64,000 bases of DNA. It comes from Azolla caroliniana. Lineage: Eukaryota > Plantae > Polypodiophyta. Position 1 is the stretch's first letter. Each line of letters starts with the position of its first letter. Below are positions 1 through 11,014 of this stretch, one piece after another. The position numbers were made by a program, and so were the translations under genes. The notes under the pieces were generated by a model, which made no database searches, was not told where the DNA came from, and saw only the letters and a program-made list of their open reading frames with translations. The stretch is taken from assembly GCA_043228905.1 (NCBI GenBank), contig JBHGNT010000015.1, positions 15,438,001 through 15,502,000 on the forward strand, given 5' to 3'.

Positions 1-189
1 AGAGGAGGAGGCTCATTGGGGCCCCCGACATTCGGTGGGGGGGGGGGGGGGGTTGCCCACTGATCAGGTTCCAGGAAAAGAATTGTAATGCATTAGCTCT
101 CGCTTCCAATGGTAGTACCATTGTTGCTGAGAGGAGGATGCAGGATTACTGCTTTAGCTTCTAATGGCGAATTGCCAGCACGATCTGAT

Positions 190-1123
190 GAGTACCTGTC
201 ACCTTCTTCTGCATTTTGAAACCCAACCAAACAAACAACATTAGAGAGTGCATTCGTTGGAATGCTTATAATAATAATAATACATTATTGACAAAAAACT
301 TAAAGAGTAATAACCATCCCAACAAACAAGGAGAAACTAAAACCCAAGGGGTGTGATCTATTTCCAACACGTAGATAAGACATAACGTTCAGGGTTTGCA
401 TGAGTTGGCAAAAGTTATAAAAGATCTTTGCCTTAAATGACAAATATAGTACGTACTGCACGGAATTCACCAATATAACATTCTTCCCAAATCTTGCATT
501 CTTGTCAATTATGCAAATCCTGCAATGCCACAAATATAGGATGAATGTCATATCTTCAAAACCAAAACTACCACTTGAAAGATGGATACATATAATCCTC
601 TTAACTAAGATTAGGTTCTCAATAGTGACCATTTTCGTCTCCAATCCTTTCCATTAATAATATCACATTCACCTTATTCTTGAGTTTCCTCCAACACCAA
701 TTGTCACTTTTCCTTGTGCCAAAAGAGCTACTTGTTCAACATCGGTTTCATAATAATCAACACCAAGCATAACAATGTCCTAAAAATCAACCTCAGGAGT
801 AAGGTACCAACATTGGAATTTTCCCATCAATCTACAAGTACAAACCTTTAATTCCCAAAATTTTCGATGTGTGATCTGATGCTGTCAATTGAGCACTCTA
901 TTGTGTACTCTTGAAAGAAATAACCATGTGAAATAATAGATTTAACTACCTACATATTGAGGATTGAGATGATTAACTTAGATTTTCAAATATTGAGTCA
1001 ACTTCTTGGTAGGATGACAAAACTTAGTTCACTTACCCTATAACAATCCACTTTAGTTGGTGGGAGTTATCTCAAAGATGTGGAAATGGGCTTAGCCACA
1101 TCATAGAACCTGAATTGTGGTGG
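190..1123 (-). pseudogene. APL: ADP-glucose pyrophosphorylase large subunit pseudogene, 3' exons only (1123-1037, 949-846, 779-673, 519-457, trace of last exon ~216-190)
   Basis: Manual minus-strand translation gives PPQFRFYDVAKPISTSLR*LPPTKVDC / VVKSIISHGYFFQEYTIECSIDSIRSHIE / DIVMLGVDYYETDVEQVALLAQGKVTIGVGGNSRIR / ICIIDKNARFGKNVILVNS / NAEEGDR. Exons are bounded by AG/GT and measure 87/104/107/63 nt, close to the plant APL pattern I recall (87/105/107/61). There is an in-frame TAA and there are frameshifts. Confidence 0.9.
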
Positions 1124-1171
1124 CTTTCAAGGGAGAATGAATGGGTTAGCATGATATAGTTGTCTACAATA

Positions 1172-2340
1172 TGTGAAAGTTAATGATTGGAAGCTTAGAC
1201 AAACTGGCTCAGCCAGATAACAACAAAAAATTAGAACTAGGTTTAATGGAAAGCTTAAATTACACATAGAGTACACGGGAAAGACAAAGAGAGCAGAACA
1301 ACATAAAATCAATTTCAAAATAACACTCTATAGATCTGTACATACAATGTGCTTAGAGAGCACTTTGATACAAGTCCTTGAAAGGACTGATGGAAGTACC
1401 TAGTATTTCAATGCTCGTACCGAGCTACTGAAACTAACTCCTAGGATAACTACCTAGTAGTCTAGGATTGTAGACCTCTAGCGGCCTACCGATTTTCACT
1501 CCGATTCAGCTCTCCGATTTGGCTCTTGGTTCCGTATACTGATCCGGCTCTGGCTTATTCAACCGATCCGGATCAACACTCCCCCTCAAACTCAACTTGA
1601 GGTCAGATTGTGGTGTCAGTGTCTATTGGTTCGTCCCTCCGGCTCCTCATGGCATCTTCCCGCCTTGCTTGCGCTCCTTGACCCGTCCGGTTCCGCTTTC
1701 CACGACCCGCTTGGTTCCGTGTACCTCGACCTTCTTGGTCAGCTTGCTTGCTCATAAGGCCCAACTCAACTCCCTTGCTGTTGTGACTTTGGCGCTTCTC
1801 AACCTGTTGGTTCCTCCGTGTTAGTGTCGACTTTCGTTGTCGTCTTGTTCGTTTGGCCTTTTGTTGATTCAGCTCCTACGAATCAAACATCTCCTCCGAA
1901 TCAGGCGTCTCCGATTCGTTCTAGCTCTTGTCCAATTTGGTTGTCTCTAATTCATCTTCCATCTTTAGGCCCTTTGCCACATCATACCATGTTCAGGTCT
2001 TGGCCTACTTCTTCCGATCGGCCCTGTCCTTCTTGACTTTGCCACCATCGTTGCTTGTTTCGACTTGTTCGGATTCGACTTCATTTTCATCCTTGTCTCC
2101 CCTTGTTTCGGTTATTTCCTTCTCTTCGGCTTTACCTGTTTTCTCGGTTTCCGTTCCGGTTCTCCCCCTCAAGTGCGACATGTTGAGATGCTGAAGACCA
2201 AGCATCTCCGAAAAATGTTGCAACTTGTTGGTCCCAAGTGCCTTGGTGAAGATGTTGGAAACTTGTCGATCCGTCCGAACATATCGAAGTTCGACTTCAC
2301 CGTTGAGGACCCGCTCGCACACAAAGTGATAATGCACTTC
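1172..2340 (-). mobile_element. Ty1/copia element A, 3' remnant (LTR 1172-1578, PPT ~1579-1588, RNase H end and charged tail)
   Basis: LTR tgtgaaag...tcaaca is followed by ctccccctc (PPT on minus). ORF 2005-2340 reads EVHYHFVCERVLNGEVELRYVRTDRQVSNIFTKAL (Copia RNase H C-terminus). Confidence 0.8.
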
Positions 2341-5300
2341 TGTGAAAGTTAATATACGGAAGCGTATGACAAACCGGCTCAGCCGGATACCAACAGAATG
2401 TAGAGAAGAAGGTTTAATGGAGACCTTCCACAGAGAATACACGGGAGAGATAGAGAGAGCGCAGAACATAAACTCAATTAAAAAAATAATAATCCTCTCT
2501 GTGTACATAGAATGTGCTTAGAGAGCACTTTTATACAAGTCCATAAAGGATTGATAGAAGTACTGACAGGTACTTCAATGCTCATACGAGCGACTGACAC
2601 TGACTCCCAAAACTATGTCCACGTACTAGGCTAGATTTGTAGGCCTCCAAAGGCCTACCGGTTTCAATATGATCCGGCTCTTGGTTCCAGATACCATCCG
2701 GACACCGATCTGACTCTCCGTTCTGGATATCGATCCGGCTCTGGCTTATTTAGCCAATCCGAATATGATTGAGCTTGCTCGCTCAACTCTCCCCCTCAAG
2801 CTCAACTTGAGGTCGGATCGTGGTGTCAGTGTATACAATAGTTGGTCCTTTCCTCCAGCTCCTTCTGGCGTCATCCCGCCTTGGTCGCCCTCCTCGCCCG
2901 GTTCTGCGCATCTCGACCTCCTTGGTCGGCTTGTTTGCTCAGCAGACCCATCTCAGCTTCTTCGATGCTATGACTCCGGCGTTTGTCAACCCATCGGTTC
3001 CTCCGTATCGGTGTCGACTTCCGCTGCCTTCTCGTCTGCTTGACCTTTAGTTGATCCGGATCCTCCCAATCAAATTGTTGAACCGAATCGGCTTCCTCCG
3101 ATTCGTTCCAGCTCTTGTCGGAATCGGTTGCATCCGATTCGTTCCGGGTCTTGACCGAGTTGGTAGTCTCCAACTCGTTTTCCATTTTCAGGCCCTTCAA
3201 CACATCAGACCACGTCTGGGTCTTGGCCTTCTTTCGGTCGGCTGTGTCCTTCTTGAGTCTGTCGCCGCCACCGCTTGTTCCGACTTGTTCGGATATGTCG
3301 ACTTTTCCAGTCGACTCGACTTCCTTTTTCTTCTTATCTCTCCCCTTGTCTTGGTTTGTTCCTCTTTCTCTCCGGCTCCTTGTCCGGTTCCATTACCCGT
3401 TTCGGTTCCCGTTCTCCCCCTCAAGTGCGGCACGTCGAGATGTTGAATGCTGAGCATCTCCGAAAAGTGTTGCAACTTGTTCGATCTGAGTGGCTTGATG
3501 AAGATGTCAGCAACTTGGCAATCCATATGAACATACCAAAGTTCAACTTCACCACTCATGTCCCACTCATGGACAAGTGATAATGCACTTCTATGTGCTT
3601 TGCCCGAGCATGGAATACAGGGTTCTTGGTGAGCTGCTTAGGTTGGAACAAGAACTAGTCTTATTCTTTGTTGTCTTTCGGAGTATAGAAAGTTCACAAA
3701 AGAGAGCCAATCCCTGATTATGTGTTTATAAAGAAACGGGGTATTGTCGTGCGTGGGGAGAATGTCGCCCGCCCTTCCGTGATGCTTACGCGTTGTCGCA
3801 GTAGATTAGGATTGGGGTCGGCACCTCGATCCGGAGGTCTCACAGTAGTCGTAGAGGCTAGATGGCTTCACAGGTGGCAATGGTAGCGCTCCGATATTCA
3901 ACCTTAGTGCTCGACAGAGCCACTGTTGGCTGCTTTTTGCTGCTCCACGCAACAACCGTGCTACCAAGAGAGAACATATAACTGGAGGTGGATCGACGAT
4001 CCGATGCATCACCGGCCCAGTCGGCATCCGTATATCCGACTAACTTCCCAACTATACCATGTCGGTCTAACAGTCCTTGGTCCTTCGTGCCGCTCACATA
4101 TCAAATAGTCAACGCACGCACTGAAGGTACTCCACGGTCGGCTTTTGCATAAATTGGCTGATCACTCCGACCAAATAACTGATGTCGGGTCGGGTGATTG
4201 TCAAGTAGATAAGGCTTCCGACAATTTGTCAGAACTGTTTCTCATTGCAAGCCTGTCCAGAGTCGGGACGTAGCTTCAGGTTCCGGTCCAGGGGTGTGGA
4301 GATCGGTTGGCATTCCATCATGCCGAACTTGTACAACATATTCAACACATAATGGCGTTGTGAGAGAAATATGCGGTCGGGGGTCCGGATCACCTCGATC
4401 CCAAGAAAATAATGAAGCTTCCCTAGGTCCTTCCTTTCAAATGCGTTTGACAACTGGGACTTCACATGACCGATTTCATCGAGTTCGAGTCCGGTAATGA
4501 CTAGATCATCTACATATAGTAGGATACAAATTGGACCATCCGGACTTTTCCGGATGAACAATGAAGAGTTGGACTTCGAGGCCACAAACCCCATCTTACG
4601 CAACCGATGCGTGATTTTCGCATTCCAAGCTCTGGGGGCTTGCTTTAGACCCTAAAGTGACTTTTTGAGTCGGCACACCACCGACCTGTTCAACTCCGAT
4701 TAAAAACCGGGGGTTGGATCATATAGACCTATTCTTCAAGGTCACCTTGAAGAAACACATTCTTCACGTCCATTTGGTGAAGATGCCATCCCCTTGCCGC
4801 AACAACAACCAATACCACACAAACCATCGTCATCTTCACTATCCGAGCAAAGGTCTCGTCGTAGTCGATTCCGTGGGTTTGTGCATATCCCTTCGCCACT
4901 AACTGGGCCTTGTACCAGTTGACCGAACCATCGGCATTATACTTTACCTTGTACACCCACTTACAACCAATCGGTTTACATTGTCAGGGAGGGTTGACCA
5001 GGTTGCAAGTGTCGTTGGCATCGAGTGCTCGCATTTCTTCTTCCATAGCAGCATGCCAATTTGCATCTTTCTCTACTTCTGCGTAGCTCTTCGGCTCACG
5101 CACTTCCACCAACTTGGTCATGTACGCATAATGATATGCCATGTACTCATTGTATCCGTATAGTTTTATGAGGTTCTTTTGGCGGCTTGACCGGCGCAAT
5201 TTTCCATTATCCGGTTTGAGGCCCTTCTTGGCCGGTTTGAACTTTGTTTCCAAAGATCTGCCGGTGTCGTATTCCGGCATCTTCTTCTTCCCCATCTCAG

Positions 5301-7167
5301 TGTGCGTGAACCATCTCCTCGGTTCCTTGTGCAGGGGGAGCATGACAGAGTCTCCACTACTCGCCGATTCTTCATCCGACTGGTCATTCTGACTGAGCCG
5401 CTCATTCGGCCCACTTTGTCGGAATGAGATCAGACTCTCATCTAGAGTACCAAATTCTCCATCTTCTTCCTGAACCTCTCCGGGTTCACTAGCCTCATCC
5501 TTTGGAATTGGGTCTTTGTCGGGAGTTCGCGTCGGCAGAGAGTACCATGATGTCAACTCATCAAACTCGACATCTCGACTTACTCGGACCTGTTTAGTTT
5601 GGGGTTATAACACTTATACCCCTTTTGTTCATGCGAATAGCTGATGAGTATGCACTTTTCCAACTTCAGATCCAACTTCCTCCACTTCTCATCCTGTATA
5701 TGCACACATGCTATGCCATCGAATATTCGAAGGTGTCTCAAATTTGGCTTCCGCCCGAAAAACAACTCATGTGTTGACACCTTATCTCTGATCCGGTTTT
5801 GGATGTAGACGGCCGTCCGGACCACCTCAGCCCAGTAGAACCAGGGCATGTTTTTCTCCTCCAACATTGCCCTTGCCACGTTGACAATCGACTGGTTCTT
5901 TCTCTCAGCCACACCGTTTTGTTCCGGTGTGTATTGGCAGCTGATTTCTCTACGAATTCCTTTTTGTTGTAGATAATCGTTGAATTGGCCGGAAAAGTAT
6001 TCTTTTCCGCCATGTGACCACAAGCACTTGATTGTTCTTTTTGTTTCCCTCTCGACTAGGCTTTGTAGATTCCGGAAACAATCGAAGACTTCAGTTTTCC
6101 TCTCAATGAGGTAGATCCATGTGTGTCGGCCGTAGTCATTGATGAAGGAGACGAAATACCAACTCTCACCAACACTAATGTTATGTATCGGTCCCCATAC
6201 ATCCGAATGGATTAAGTCGAGCTTGTTATGGCTCCAGTTTTGTTCGATGGGGAATAGAAGTCGGCGTTGCTTCCGGAGTTCGCAGGCTTCATATATTTGG
6301 GCCTTACGGCCATTGAATTTCAACAATATGAGAACAACCTATTTTGATTGCAGGTCTTGCCTCCGGTAGTTGACGTGGTTGATCCGCTTGTGCCAAAGAT
6401 TGATGACTGATTCAGTCTTCTGTCCTTTGGCAAACAAGGCAGTGCCGACATCGTTGGTGTCGAGGATGAACATCCTCCCATCTCTGTGCCCTTGCGCAAT
6501 TAATCGGCCTTCTTCCTCAATGAAGCATCCGAGGTGCGTAAACCGAACCTGCATTCCCTGGTCGACGATTTGTCCGACCAACACCAGGTTCTTTGTGATT
6601 GTCGGAACATGTAGTACATTCATCAGCTTTCCCTTTTGTCCGACATGGCTAAAGGGGACTTCTCCGACATGCACAATCGGGTGAGGGGTGTCGTCTCCGA
6701 TTTCGTTGATTCCCGGTTGTTCTAGTTTCTCCAAAAATGAGAACCACTCTTCGTGGCTCGTCATGTGGTTTGAGGCTCCAGAATCAACATACCATACTTC
6801 CTCCGCTTTGGAAGTAGTCTTCTTCATCGAGTTAGCCTTGTGCTTCATCACAAAGGTTGGCCCCTTTCTGGTTTTCCCGCTTCCGGATCCTTCTGATCCT
6901 TCTACGTAGTGCGAGCTTTTTCCGGTTTCCCTGTCCGGCCTTGCCGGATCTGGATTTGTCCGAATCTGCGCGCTTCTTCCAGCACTCGCTTTCTTTGTGG
7001 CCATTCTTGCCAAAATACCAGCATTCCATGTCGGCCTTCCCTTGCCGGTTTCTGGTGCCGTTTTGACCCCCCTACTCGTGGAGGGTCCGAAATTGTTGTT
7101 GGCACTGTCTCGGTGCCTTCGATTCTGCTCTTGCCGGTCGCCTCCATTGCGTTCTGACCCACGTCAT
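2341..7167 (-). mobile_element. Ty1/copia element B, decayed, same family as A (3' LTR 2341-2788; PR-INT-RT-RH fragments; 5' end missing)
   Basis: Fragments WYVDSGASNHMT (PR), DLIHSDVWGP...NGVAERKN (INT), LLYVDDLVITG (RT) and GYTDADWAGD (RH). Many stops and frameshifts. LTR resembles LTR A. Confidence 0.9.
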
Positions 7168-8009
7168 TGTCAGGAACAATACTAAGATAGAGAAGTATTG
7201 TCGAGAACAATACTAAGACAGAGAAGGAATTAGTACTAAAATATGAGGATTAGTACTAAGGGAGGTGTAGAACTCTCGAGAGAAAGAAAGAGTGAGTGAG
7301 AGAGAGAGATCAAGAGATAATAATGATAACAAAGGTTATGAAAAGAATGGCGTGTAGAAGCAATATAGGAAAACCGAACAACAGAAAACGCAGGTTTAAT
7401 GGAAAGCTTAGGTTTGCATAGTACGCACGGGAGAGACAAAGAGAGAGTAAACACAAGAGCTTAATTCAAAAATGATACTCAATCTGTACATCGTGTGTGT
7501 TCAATGAACACTTTTATACAAGTCCTTTTCGGACTGACAGAAGTACTGACAGTACTTCAATGCTCATTGAGGAGCCCCTACACTAACTCCCAAATATATT
7601 CCTTGCGGAATATCTTTCCGATGGCCTCCCAATTTCCTCACCAATCCAGCCTTCCTATGCACCGGTCTGCGTACCGGTTTCCAACTGATCCGGCCTAACC
7701 GATCGGTCCCAACCGATCCGGTCCTCGGCTTGCTCAGTCGATCCGGCCGATGATGAGCTTGTCTCTCAACACTCCCCCTCAGGCTCAACTTGAGGCTCTT
7801 CGGGATCTTCCGGATCACCGCTCCGGTTCCTCTTGGCTCCACGCCTTGCTCACGCTCCTCGACCTGTTCGACTTCGCGCACTTCGACCCTTCCGGTCGGC
7901 TTGTCTGCCCCCACGGCCCTTCATAGCTCCCTCACTGTCGCGGTGTTGGCGCTTCTCCTGCTGCCTTCTTTTCCGCTTGGCCCTCGGTTGATTCAGTGCA
8001 TCCGAATCA

Positions 8010-8611
8010 TGTTGGGATTACGGTCCCTTCGGATGGGATGGTCGGATATCGGAGATGAATGCCGACAAGCCCGGTTTCGGTTTCGGATCCGGATGACGAA
8101 GACCCCGGTTTCGGTACCGGATGACGAATGTACCCGGAGAGCGATCCGGATGCAGGGACATATCCGTGAATATGTTCGCTATGGGCCCCTGAGGCTACAG
8201 TTGTAAATAGCCCAAAGTCATATAAGTATAAATATGACTTAGGGCAAACAGTTTTGTTGTTGCTTCTCATTTTTCTGTTTTTCCACTTTAGAGGAGTGAA
8301 GAGAGAGCAGCCGTGAGAGAGATAGAGCGCGAGAGAGGAAGAGGTAGACGCCTCTGTGTATTTCCGCCGCCTGTGGCGAGGACAGCGAGCTCAAGGTCGT
8401 CGCCTTGCAGCTCGCCATTGTATACTTCTCTGTATAGTGTTGGTTTGGAGTCTTGTACTCCCGTGGTTTTTCCCGTCTAGGGTTTTCCACGTTAATCCCT
8501 GTGTACTCGCGTTTTGTTTCTCCGTGTGGTTCCTATTTTCTGCTCCATCGATTCGCGCTTACTCGGTTGTGGCCGAGTGAAGAAGGTGAATAGAAGGGTC
8601 TATTCCTTACA
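8010..8611 (+). repeat. 5' LTR of Copia D
   Basis: Direct repeat of 12726-13327 (offset 4716); TGTTGG...TTACA. Confidence 0.97.
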
Positions 8612-8641
8612 AACTGGTATCAGAGCGAACTGTTGCAGAAA

Positions 8642-10909
8642 ATGGAAGGCGGCGGCAGCGGGCAGCCGGGGATGATGGTGCTGAATGCACAGAATTACGC
8701 CGACTGGAAGATCAAGATGGAGGATCTTCTGATTGTTCGGGACCTGTACGAACCGATTGACAGGTCGGAAATACCGAAGGGGGTACTTGAGTCGGAATGG
8801 AGGCTTCTGAACCGGAAAGCCGTTGCAACCATTCGGCAATACGTCGACGTGAGCGTTCTACAACATGTGGCGAACGACACCAACGCATATGAGATGTGGC
8901 GGAAGCTGTCGGGCCTCTATGAGAGGAAGAATGCGTTGAACCGAACCTCCCTGATGAGGAAGATAGTGAATCTCAAGTACCGGGATGGCGAGAGTATGGT
9001 GGAACACGTAAGCACGTTCATGGGATTCGTGAATCAGCTTGCGGCGATCAAGTTCCCGTTGGAGGATGCAATGCAAGCCATCATCCTGATGTGTACATTG
9101 CCGGAAAGCTGGGAGAACTTGGTGGTAACTCTCAGCACCTCCTGCGCCGAAGATAACTTGTCCTTACAAACGGTAAAGACAAGTATTTTGAATGAAGAAG
9201 CGCGTCGGAGAGATAAGGAACCGGCCTCCGACCCGAAGATGTTGTTTACCGAATCGGATCGGGGAAGACAATGGAACCGGAGTCCGCAAAGACGGGAGAA
9301 GTCGGGGACCCGGTCGCAGTCAAGAGGAAGGCCCACATGCTTCCACTGTGGGAAGCCCGGGCACTTCCGAAAGAATTGTCGGCATTACCGAAAGGACAAT
9401 GGAACCGACAACACCGATTCGAAGAAGTCACCGGAGAGAAACGGTGCATACCGGGGAGCCACGGACCGAAATGGTTCGGATCGGCGAGGACAGGACCGGA
9501 AAGGAACGACGGCACTCGCGGCAAGTGAAGAGGAGATCATGCTCATCACCGAAGAAGGTGAACTAAACATTGCCGGCGATGAGACGACCTGGGTGGTCGA
9601 TTCCGGAGCATCGTTCCACCTGACCCCGGAGAGAAGATACTTCTCATCCTACACAGCCGGCGAGCATGGCTGTGTTCGGATGGGAAACGAAGGTACGTGC
9701 CGGATTGCCGGCATAGGAGACGTGTGGTTGACAACCCCGACCGGATGCAAAATGCTGCTGAAGAATGTCCGACACGTTCCGGAGGTCCGACTGAACCTGA
9801 TTTCGGCCGGGAGGCTAGATGATGAAGGCTACACGGGTAGCATCCGGAACGGTGTCATGAAGTTCAGCAAGGGGAGCTTGATAGTGGCTCGGGCCCGGAA
9901 GGTCAACACACTGTACCTGATGAATGCCTGGTTATGTCCGGAAGAGCTGAATGTGGCAGCCGACACTGCCGGTGAGCTGTGGCACAAAAGACTGTGCCAC
10001 ATGAGTGAGAAGGGGATGAAGAGGCTTGCAGAAGACAACCTTATTCCAGTGAAGCACGTGCACCTGGAGAAGTGCACCGATTGCCTGGCCAGTAAGCAGA
10101 ACCGAGCCTCCTTCCACTCAAGGCCACCGAAGAGACGTAGTGTACCATTGGAGTTGGTACACACTGATGTGTGTCAAGTAGAAACGAAGTCACATGGCGG
10201 AGCCCAGTACTTCGTGACATTCATTGATGACCACAGCCGGAAGCTGTGGACGGCACCGATGAAGACAAAGGACCAAGTGTTGTGCGTCTTCAAAGAACTC
10301 CACGCGAGAGTGGAAAGGGAATCCGGCAAGAAGCTGAAAGCGATACGAGCGGATAACGGAGGGGAATACCGGGGGCAGTTCCAGGAGTACTGTCGCTCGA
10401 AGGGAATCCGACTCGAGTTTACTGTGCCGAAGACGCCGGAACTGAACGGGCTGGCCGAGAGGATGAACCGGACCATAATGGAGAGGGTCCGGAGTATGCT
10501 GGCGCATGCGGAATTACCCAAGGGTTTTTGGGCTGAGGCGATGTCGACGGCGACATACGTGATAAACAGATCACCCTCAGTACCTTTGGACGGAGACACG
10601 CCGCAGAGAGTGTGGACCGGTAGGGAAGTATCCTACCGGCATCTGAAGGTGTTCGGGTGTCTCGCATACGTGCATGTGGCAAAGGACCGGAGAGGAAAGC
10701 TAGATCCAAAGACCCGGCCATGCATATTCCTCGGATACGGCGACGACGAGTTCGGCTACCGAGTATGGGACCCGGTTGACAAGAAGATATTCAGGAGTCG
10801 AGACATCATCTTCATGGAGGACAAGACACTCGCCGACTGGGAGTCGGAGAAGAAGATGAAGAGCTCCAAGTCAACCGGTGAGGATAAACTCTACGAGGAG
10901 CAGTCCTGA
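8642..10909 (+). CDS. Copia D Gag-protease-integrase (ends at an in-frame TGA)
   Basis: Zinc knuckle CFHCGKPGHFRKNC, protease WVVDSGAS, LWHKRLCH...CTDC, and integrase core HTDVC...RADNGGEY...NGLAERMN. First ATG is at 8642. Confidence 0.93.
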   Translation: MEGGGSGQPGMMVLNAQNYADWKIKMEDLLIVRDLYEPIDRSEIPKGVLESEWRLLNRKAVATIRQYVDVSVLQHVANDTNAYEMWRKLSGLYERKNALNRTSLMRKIVNLKYRDGESMVEHVSTFMGFVNQLAAIKFPLEDAMQAIILMCTLPESWENLVVTLSTSCAEDNLSLQTVKTSILNEEARRRDKEPASDPKMLFTESDRGRQWNRSPQRREKSGTRSQSRGRPTCFHCGKPGHFRKNCRHYRKDNGTDNTDSKKSPERNGAYRGATDRNGSDRRGQDRKGTTALAASEEEIMLITEEGELNIAGDETTWVVDSGASFHLTPERRYFSSYTAGEHGCVRMGNEGTCRIAGIGDVWLTTPTGCKMLLKNVRHVPEVRLNLISAGRLDDEGYTGSIRNGVMKFSKGSLIVARARKVNTLYLMNAWLCPEELNVAADTAGELWHKRLCHMSEKGMKRLAEDNLIPVKHVHLEKCTDCLASKQNRASFHSRPPKRRSVPLELVHTDVCQVETKSHGGAQYFVTFIDDHSRKLWTAPMKTKDQVLCVFKELHARVERESGKKLKAIRADNGGEYRGQFQEYCRSKGIRLEFTVPKTPELNGLAERMNRTIMERVRSMLAHAELPKGFWAEAMSTATYVINRSPSVPLDGDTPQRVWTGREVSYRHLKVFGCLAYVHVAKDRRGKLDPKTRPCIFLGYGDDEFGYRVWDPVDKKIFRSRDIIFMEDKTLADWESEKKMKSSKSTGEDKLYEEQS

Positions 10910-11014
10910 CCGGCAAGGGACCGGTTAGCACTCGAGGATCCGGCCGAAGACGGTGAAGAAACCGAACCGGCCGAAGAAGACGAAAATGATACCGGAACCG
11001 GCCCCGATCCCGAA

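Noticed and set aside
36-52. Poly-G run (possible G-quadruplex)
   Set aside because: Simple homopolymer with no supporting context.
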